Source: a virus
Taxonomy: Duplodnaviria; Caudoviricetes
Reading direction: 5' to 3' (one strand)
IMG/VR virus record: IMGVR_UViG_3300036818_000065
Span: 1-50,820 of that record
Length of the DNA: 50,820 nt
Position 1 is the first letter of the stretch. Each line of letters opens with the position of its first letter. The notes under the pieces were generated by a model, which worked only from the letters and a program-made list of their open reading frames with translations, did not search any database and was not told where the DNA came from. Of the stretch, positions 45,060 through 50,820 are shown piece by piece. Position numbers and translations under genes: made by a program.

Positions 45060-45678
45060 CAACGACGATATCGAGAAAGCATTCCCTGGGATGACGCCAG
45101 AGAAGCGGGGTGAGATCCACGACCGCAGCGAAGAGGAGCTCAACGCCGAAGGCTTGGCCCGGATGCGGGCAGCGAATATACCGCCTATCAGCGGTCCGCA
45201 TGTGGACGACTACGCGCCGGATGGAACCGCATACGACCGTGCTCACGCTCCGTTGACTGAGGACGACGCCAAGCGGGTCAACGACATCGCCAACAGCTTG
45301 GAGGAGGTTTGCGAACGTCGCCGACGCGGGCTTGCTCTGAGGCAAAGCCCTCCAGACGAGCGCGACGTCGGATATCTGAAGGAGTTGGCTGCGCGGATCG
45401 GCACCGCGTTGGGGGCAGTGTTGATTGTGGTTGCCATCGGGCTGGGCGGTTCGTCGACGGCGCAGGCGGAATACAAGACGCCAGCACATCGGATTGTGGA
45501 ACGGGCTATTGCTCACAACCCTAAGATCTGCGACAAGATTGAATGGGCTGTCTACCTGCGAGGGTACCACAAGGCTGAGATGCAGTTCCTGCGGGAATGG
45601 AAGGAGCTCGGCTATCAGAAGCGTGTGGACGGGCGAGACGTGTTCGCTCAGCTTGTGGAGCAGTGCAAGGAACAGTGA
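45043..45678 (+). CDS. Hypothetical protein with one TM segment
   Basis: 211 aa; IGTALGAVLIVVAIGLGG. Confidence 0.65.
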   Translation: MNQFPDNDDIEKAFPGMTPEKRGEIHDRSEEELNAEGLARMRAANIPPISGPHVDDYAPDGTAYDRAHAPLTEDDAKRVNDIANSLEEVCERRRRGLALRQSPPDERDVGYLKELAARIGTALGAVLIVVAIGLGGSSTAQAEYKTPAHRIVERAIAHNPKICDKIEWAVYLRGYHKAEMQFLREWKELGYQKRVDGRDVFAQLVEQCKEQ

Positions 45679-45700
45679 ATTGGAAATTACGCTAAGCTTT

Positions 45701-45858
45701 CATCCACATCTGGGTTTGATCGACCCTGCATAGTGGGTGGCATGAGCGCCCTCGTCGACCCTGGCTGGTGTTGGCGAGGGCGCTACCCTTGAGAGGCTGT
45801 TGCTTGTGCGCGTAGCCGGGTGAAGGGCCGTTCGATTTCTGGGCGGCCCTTTGCCTTT
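45701..45858 (+). ncRNA. Candidate small structured RNA
   Basis: Preceded by CGC-TAAGCT (45690-45698); several consecutive hairpins; ends in a terminator-like stem. Confidence 0.4.
45823..45858 (+). terminator. Rho-independent terminator-like hairpin
   Basis: AAGGGCCGTTC-N7-GGGCGGCCCTT followed by TGCCTTT. Confidence 0.65.
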
Positions 45859-45952
45859 GAGGTGTGGAATTTGGCTCTACGCCTGGGTTTGCGTGGGATC
45901 GTCCATGACGGGCGTACGCGCGAGTGTGTGAGATGGGGTAAGCTACCCAGCC

Positions 45953-46537
45953 ATGCCGACCCGCTCAACCACCTCGAAGGCACGCCGCCGTACTGCCCGC
46001 AGGGACGGTCAGCCGTTCTGCGGAGCACCGAAGAAGAACGGCGACCTCTGCCTGTGGGAGGCTGGGCGGGGCACTGACCACCCTGGCACTGGTCGGTGCT
46101 ACAAGCACGGAGGCCTGCAGCAGACTGTTGGAGCGGCGGCTGAGCAGGCTGCTAGTATGGCCGGACCGATCTCTGTCACCCCAGGGCAGGCGATCCAGGC
46201 AGTGCTCAATACGGCAGCCGGCCAATTCGCCTATGCGACTGCGATGGTAGGTGGCCTGTCGGAGGCGCAGATGTTCGAAGAGGCCATTGGTGGCGCAGTG
46301 CCAAATCGCTGGGTGCGCCTCCAGCTTAACATCATGGATCGTCTAGCTAAGTACACTCGTGCTGCTGCGGACATGGGCATCAACGAGCGCCAAATGAAGC
46401 TGGCTGAGGTACAGACGGCGATGATGGGCAAGCTGCTAGAGGCTGTCATGGACAAGCTCGATCTGACGCCCAAACAGCGCAAGCAGGTTGGACCAGCCAT
46501 ACGAGAGGCACTGCCCATGTTGGCGGCGGGCGACTGA
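45953..46537 (+). CDS. Probable terminase small subunit (HGG-motif type)
   Basis: CGAPKKNGDLC...GTGRCYKHGG Zn motif followed by a helical region; upstream of terL. Confidence 0.65.
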   Translation: MPTRSTTSKARRRTARRDGQPFCGAPKKNGDLCLWEAGRGTDHPGTGRCYKHGGLQQTVGAAAEQAASMAGPISVTPGQAIQAVLNTAAGQFAYATAMVGGLSEAQMFEEAIGGAVPNRWVRLQLNIMDRLAKYTRAAADMGINERQMKLAEVQTAMMGKLLEAVMDKLDLTPKQRKQVGPAIREALPMLAAGD

Positions 46538-46734
46538 TGGAGAACCACAACTGCCGGTGCACCCTTCTGCCCCCAGGCACGACTCCTGAGAGCCACGCCA
46601 AGGTAGTGATCGGTAGGGTGCTAGGGTCGGCTGAGGCGAACGAGTTCTTTGCTGTTGAGCTAGGCGACCCCTTGTACCGTCATCCGGCCAGGCTAGCCCG
46701 CCTAGCCTACGAAGGGAGCAAGCATGGCCGGTGA
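46537..46734 (+). CDS. Hypothetical protein
   Basis: TGATG coupling. Confidence 0.5.
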   Translation: MENHNCRCTLLPPGTTPESHAKVVIGRVLGSAEANEFFAVELGDPLYRHPARLARLAYEGSKHGR

Positions 46735-46957
46735 GAACCACTTCGAGATCTACCCCGAGCGCGACGGAATGAGGAGCGGCCCTCGCGAGCCTACCGGCCA
46801 GTACATGTTCCGGTTCGTGTACGCCAACGGGGACGTGGGGCCGGTATCTATGCAGCGGTACCGCGACCGTACGGACGCGAACCGGGGCATCCACGACTTC
46901 ATGTCCGCTATCAACAGGGACCACCCGCATCCGCCTATCATCGACGTGGAGGAGTAG
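46724..46957 (+). CDS. DUF1508/YegP-like protein
   Basis: FEIY...GQYMFRFVYANG...S..Y.....A..GI pattern; SD GGGAG. Confidence 0.65.
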   Translation: MAGENHFEIYPERDGMRSGPREPTGQYMFRFVYANGDVGPVSMQRYRDRTDANRGIHDFMSAINRDHPHPPIIDVEE

Positions 46958-46959
46958 AC

Positions 46960-47127
46960 ATGCCTGAGGTAGAGCTCGAGACCAAGCTGATTGCGGTCAA
47001 ACACGGCGTGACGGGCGTGACGCAAGAGGCGGTAGATGAAGTTCAGGCGCGAGTGGACAGCTTGAAGGAGCAGCTTGAGGCGCTCGACGCTCGCAAAGCT
47101 ATCCTGGACGGCGAGGAAGAAGACTGA
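46960..47127 (+). CDS. 55-aa coiled-coil protein (not in the ORF track)
   Basis: SD GGAGGAG; MPEVELETKL...LDGEEED*. Confidence 0.65.
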   Translation: MPEVELETKLIAVKHGVTGVTQEAVDEVQARVDSLKEQLEALDARKAILDGEEED

Positions 47128-47282
47128 TGAAGCCGGTCAGCCCTGTAGCAGCCAAGCAGGGCGAGCTGATCAAGGTCAAGGCCAGCGCTCGGTGCTCGTG
47201 CGACAAGCAGCGCTACGGAGCGCCCAAGATCAACCCCACCTGTCCTGTACATGGGCACGGCCGTCCTGCGGGGCGGGTATGA
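47127..47282 (+). CDS. 51-aa Cys/His protein (not in the ORF track)
   Basis: CSC...CPVHG; coupled at both ends. Confidence 0.6.
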   Translation: MKPVSPVAAKQGELIKVKASARCSCDKQRYGAPKINPTCPVHGHGRPAGRV

Positions 47283-47569
47283 GACTGATACGACGAATGC
47301 TGCCGCCTGCTGACGTCGATGGCAACCTCATCACCGAGGCCGAGTTCGTCACTCCTGACGGTCCGTTCCTAGGATGGCCGCGCGAACTGTACCTAGGCCT
47401 GAGAGGACAGCTACGCATCTGCCTCGTTGACAGGGTGGGTAGGGTTAGCCATTATGACACGGATCTTGTGCATCCTGTTGGCGACCCCCTCATTGTAGAG
47501 GGACGATGCAGAAACCCCTTCCCAGGAGTTCATGCATTCAGCGTAAAGTTCAGGAAGGTTGCAGCGTGA
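47279..47569 (+). CDS. Hypothetical protein
   Basis: ATG 47279 (ATGA overlap), in frame with track ORF 47075-47569. Confidence 0.55.
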   Translation: MRLIRRMLPPADVDGNLITEAEFVTPDGPFLGWPRELYLGLRGQLRICLVDRVGRVSHYDTDLVHPVGDPLIVEGRCRNPFPGVHAFSVKFRKVAA

Positions 47570-47572
47570 CTC

Positions 47573-47800
47573 ATGGCATGGTACGAGGGCGAACTGTTTC
47601 CTGCTGGCAAGGATTGGGAATACGCGCCAGAGGACATTGCGGAATGCGTTCACGAACGTGGGGTAGTTGCTCCCAAGGACCGCGACGGGAACATCGCCAA
47701 CACGCAAGGCAGAGTGGCCTTGCACTGCATGGTTTGCGATCAGACCTGGTGGGAGCCACTTGCAAACGTGAAGGGCAGCCCTTGGGCAGGCAAAGCATGA
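47573..47800 (+). CDS. Small zinc-binding protein
   Basis: CVH...CMVC. Confidence 0.6.
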   Translation: MAWYEGELFPAGKDWEYAPEDIAECVHERGVVAPKDRDGNIANTQGRVALHCMVCDQTWWEPLANVKGSPWAGKA

Positions 47801-47973
47801 ACTGCCCGGCCTGTGGGCATGGATGCGTGCACTCTGAGGGTGGTTGGTACTGCTTTCAGTGCGATTGGGATTTGCAGCTAGGGTCCAAGAGCACTCGTCG
47901 CCATGAGCGGCGCTACAAGAAGGTCATACGACGACTGGATAAGATAGGCGCACGACTCGCTGGTATCCGGTAG
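47797..47973 (+). CDS. Small zinc-ribbon protein
   Basis: MNCPACG...WYCFQCDW; ATGA overlap. Confidence 0.6.
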   Translation: MNCPACGHGCVHSEGGWYCFQCDWDLQLGSKSTRRHERRYKKVIRRLDKIGARLAGIR

Positions 47974-49535
47974 TGCCCACCAAAGTCAAGCCCGGTCAGT
48001 GGGACCCCAAATCCCCTGAAGACCCGGACTCGGTCGGGGCAGTGCTGTTTGGGACCGAACAAATGCGAGTCAACGGTCTCGCGCTAGCTGAGCAGTACGA
48101 TCCCACGCCGCATCCATACTTGCACGACCCGGTGGGATGGATAGCTAGCAAGGGCGGCTTCATGTGGAGCAAGCAGCGCGAGGTGGCTGATTCGCTGGTC
48201 GCCAATCGCTATACTGCTGTACATAGCTGCCACGGTACCGGAAAGTCTTTTGATGCCTCGGCGCTGGCCTGCTGGTGGTTGGATGTCCATCCGCAAGGCG
48301 AGGCATTCGTGGTCACTACTGCCCCGACCTGGCAGCAGGTGCACGCGATCCTTTGGCGTGAGATGCGCAAACTCCACAAGCGTGCCGGTACGCCTGGGCG
48401 TCTAACGCTAGATGCTCGCTGGTACATGGGCGATCCTGGCCGCAAGGGTGGTACCAGCGATGAGGAACTTGTAGCCTATGGACGTAAGCCTTCTGACTAT
48501 GACCAGGCCGCTTTCCAAGGTATCCACGCCCGTTACGTGTTGGTGATCATCGACGAGGCCTGTGGCGTGCCCAAACTTCTGTACGACGCGGTCGACTCGC
48601 TGGTCACCAACGACAACTCACGTGTGCTGGCCATCGGCAACCCCGACGACCCCAGCAGTCAGTTCCGTGAGGTGACCAAGCCAGGCTCAGGATGGAACAC
48701 GATCCACATTGGGTACGAGGACACGCCCGCCTTTACTGGCGAGGAGGTGCCCGAGTGGCTGCTGGAGTTGCTGATCAGCGCTCAGTGGGTTGAGGAGCGC
48801 AAAGTGCGTTGGGGTGAGGATTCACCCACGTACTGCTCTAAGGTGCTTGGCCTATTCCCAGACATCAGCGACGACACGCTGCTATCGCCCGGCTTGCTGC
48901 TGCAGTGTCAGCTGAACGAGCTCAAAGGAATCGACAAGGGCCAGTTTGGCGCTGACATCGCTCGTATGGGCGCTGATGAGACTTGCGTGTACCGCAACCG
49001 TGGTGGCAAGATTCGCTTGGTATACAGCAAACACAAGCAGGACACTACCAAAACCACCAACGCCTTCACCAAGTTGCTTAAGGACACGTTCAAGGAAGTG
49101 CCCATGCAGGTGGACGCAGACGGTCTTGGCGCTGGCGTGTACGACAATCTGCGGTCAGCCAACTTGCCGGTTGTCGAATTCAGGGGCGGGCACAAACCGA
49201 TTGACAGCAAGCGCTTCCTGAACAAGCGGGCTGAGACGTACTGGAACTTCAAGGAGCTGTGTGAAGCTGGTGAGATCGACCTTCCTAGTGACGCTACTGA
49301 CAGCGACCTCATGGCTCAGCTTGGCTCCATTAAGTGGGACCTCAACAGCAAAGGTCTGATCTACATGGAGTCTAAGGAGGACATGAAAAAACGTGGGCTG
49401 CCTTCGCCTGACCGCGCCGACGCTTGCGTAATGAGCGCTGTCAACAGGCAGGGCTTGCTGCTCTCGTCCAAGCGCAGGAACAAACGCAATCGGCGCAAAA
49501 CCGTCACGAGTGGGCTGCGCAGGAGGCAGATGTAG
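47973..49535 (+). CDS. terL: Terminase large subunit
   Basis: HGTGKS Walker A, TAPT, IIDEA Walker B, IGNP, GADIAR.G.D, DADGLGAGVYD, SPDRADA. Confidence 0.95.
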   Translation: MPTKVKPGQWDPKSPEDPDSVGAVLFGTEQMRVNGLALAEQYDPTPHPYLHDPVGWIASKGGFMWSKQREVADSLVANRYTAVHSCHGTGKSFDASALACWWLDVHPQGEAFVVTTAPTWQQVHAILWREMRKLHKRAGTPGRLTLDARWYMGDPGRKGGTSDEELVAYGRKPSDYDQAAFQGIHARYVLVIIDEACGVPKLLYDAVDSLVTNDNSRVLAIGNPDDPSSQFREVTKPGSGWNTIHIGYEDTPAFTGEEVPEWLLELLISAQWVEERKVRWGEDSPTYCSKVLGLFPDISDDTLLSPGLLLQCQLNELKGIDKGQFGADIARMGADETCVYRNRGGKIRLVYSKHKQDTTKTTNAFTKLLKDTFKEVPMQVDADGLGAGVYDNLRSANLPVVEFRGGHKPIDSKRFLNKRAETYWNFKELCEAGEIDLPSDATDSDLMAQLGSIKWDLNSKGLIYMESKEDMKKRGLPSPDRADACVMSAVNRQGLLLSSKRRNKRNRRKTVTSGLRRRQM

Positions 49536-50444
49536 ATGCCACTTCCCAAACATCTAGCCACCGCTCACTTCGGCTGGGAATATCCTGAACTCGGTGCGGA
49601 AGCAGACATACCAGCCGACCTCAAACGCTTGCTAGAACAGATTGAGGCTGTTGTCCACGCGCTGAACGTGGAAGAGCTGGGCAATGCAGGCGCAGGCGAC
49701 GCTGGCAAGCTACTGGTCGTTGGGCCAGGTGGCATCAACGCTTGGAAAGCGATGTCAGGCGATGCCACCTTCTCGTCAGCCGGTGCTTTGACGATAGGCA
49801 ACGAAAAAATCTCCACCGCCAAGCTCGCTGCCCTAGCCGTGACGGAAGCCATCCTGGGTGGCGAATCAGTCAGCGAAGGCAAGATCAAAGCGCTAGCAGT
49901 GACGGCAGCCAAACTAGCCGCCGCCTGCGTCGAAGAATCAAAGATCAAAAATCTAGCTGTCAGCGCTGCCAAGCTCGCAGAACTTGCAGTCACCACCGCC
50001 AAGCTGGCCGAACTGTGCGTGACCGAAGCCAAGATCGCAGACGGGGCAGTGTCGAGCCGCAAATACAAGCCGACTGTAGGACACAAACCTCAGATCGGTG
50101 GCGGCCCAATGACTCCAGAAGACAAAGAACTCTTTCAAACCAAACTGGAAATCACTCCAGCGGTCAAAAGCTGGCTGAAGGTCAACGCTGTTTGGGACTT
50201 CGAAGTCTTTGGGGCCACCATATGCGTGGGATCCATGTACCTCAATGGGGTGGTGCAAGCTGGCGTGGCGATCTTACAGAGTTCGGGAGCAGCCATGCGT
50301 GCTGCAGTAGCACAGAACTACATGTTCGAATTGCCGGCGGGCGTCAAAGCAACTTTGTTCCAGGCCCAGCGCTTTGCAGGGGGGCCAACGCCAGAAACCA
50401 AAGAAATCCATACTGGCTACTACTACGAGTTGTTTGCGGCATGA
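49536..50444 (+). CDS. Fibre/appendage-like protein with 10-aa AVTxAKLA repeats
   Basis: Tandem (A/S/C)V(T/S/E)xxK(L/I)xxx repeats followed by a beta-rich C-terminal domain. Confidence 0.55.
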   Translation: MPLPKHLATAHFGWEYPELGAEADIPADLKRLLEQIEAVVHALNVEELGNAGAGDAGKLLVVGPGGINAWKAMSGDATFSSAGALTIGNEKISTAKLAALAVTEAILGGESVSEGKIKALAVTAAKLAAACVEESKIKNLAVSAAKLAELAVTTAKLAELCVTEAKIADGAVSSRKYKPTVGHKPQIGGGPMTPEDKELFQTKLEITPAVKSWLKVNAVWDFEVFGATICVGSMYLNGVVQAGVAILQSSGAAMRAAVAQNYMFELPAGVKATLFQAQRFAGGPTPETKEIHTGYYYELFAA

Positions 50445-50463
50445 TCGGTCTGGGGGAATAGCT

Positions 50464-50748
50464 GTGGAGGCAAACGTTCCAGGGTTGGAAGGGATGCGGG
50501 CAGAACTTCGTGGCCTTGAGCAGAGAGTTGATTCGATGCATACTGGACTGGGAGCGGTAAGAGGTGCAGTGGGCGGTCACGACACTCAAATCGGAATCAT
50601 GGCCAAGCAGTTCGAAAATGTCACCGAAGACATTGGCGAACTCAAAGGTCAGATGAAATGGGTGCTGCGGGGCTTGTGGCTGGCCGCAGCTACCTTTACC
50701 AGTTTCACGATTGGACTAGCGGTCTTGATTGTGAGTGTGCTCAAGTGA
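50464..50748 (+). CDS. Coiled-coil plus C-terminal TM protein (XhlA-like lysis accessory)
   Basis: GTG 50464; coiled coil then KWVLRGLWLAAATF...LIVSVLK; first gene of the lysis cassette. Confidence 0.6.
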   Translation: MEANVPGLEGMRAELRGLEQRVDSMHTGLGAVRGAVGGHDTQIGIMAKQFENVTEDIGELKGQMKWVLRGLWLAAATFTSFTIGLAVLIVSVLK

Positions 50749-50820
50749 CCGGGGAGGAGCGTGCACCTAGCAAGACCAAGATGATCGTCATGGCCTTGGT
50801 GGTTAGCCTGATTGCTAGTT
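50694..50820. repeat. Terminal direct repeat (copy 2)
   Basis: Identical to 1-127. Confidence 0.95.

Noticed and set aside
160-50589. Many minus-strand ORFs in the track (e.g. 5587-6681, 6863-7570, 11441-12100, 30743-31618, 41478-42320)
   Set aside because: They are antisense shadows of well-supported + strand genes, expected in GC-rich DNA, and show no recognisable motifs.
50694-50820. Biological direct terminal repeat
   Set aside because: Length equals a common assembler k-mer and it interrupts coding sequence.
1-50820. Impression that CTAG is more frequent than usual for GC-rich bacterial DNA; possible stop-codon reassignment
   Set aside because: CTAG frequency was not counted and needs an observed/expected calculation. 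TAG, TGA and TAA all end genes at sensible boundaries, so there is no sign of reassignment.

Overview
The window is an apparently complete, circular or circularly permuted dsDNA tailed-phage genome. Bases 50694-50820 repeat bases 1-127 exactly, giving a unit length of about 50,693 bp. All credible genes lie on the + strand. Gene order: lysis cassette (50464-1657, across the junction); Mu-like head genes; contractile (myovirus) tail and baseplate (to 21221); a histone-like DNA-binding gene; SNF2 helicase; a Cas4/RecB-like exonuclease, Sak4-like ATPase and SSB-like recombination module with a tRNA-Thr(UGU); a DnaG-primase/MCM-helicase fusion; a nucleotide-metabolism block around a DnaE polymerase; mIHF-like and RuvC-like genes; small accessory genes; terS, terL and a displaced fibre-like gene. 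No integrase or repressor was recognised, so the phage is probably lytic. The mIHF-like protein points to an actinobacterial host, possibly Thermoleophilia. Most interesting observations: (1) a candidate uncharacterised DNA base-modification pathway (Glf/UGM-like flavoprotein, HAD phosphatase, Nmad1, DnaE, ThyX with an altered motif, HD and MazG-like hydrolases); (2) a hidden, start-less 78-codon frame reachable by a -1 shift at A_AAC_CCU, which would extend the histone-like protein; (3) two homologous, highly structured non-coding elements that bracket the replication module; (4) three E3-binding (PSBD) domains in virion-region genes; (5) a repeated promoter-leader motif and a candidate sRNA. 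All family assignments were made by eye from motifs. No database search or folding program was run.
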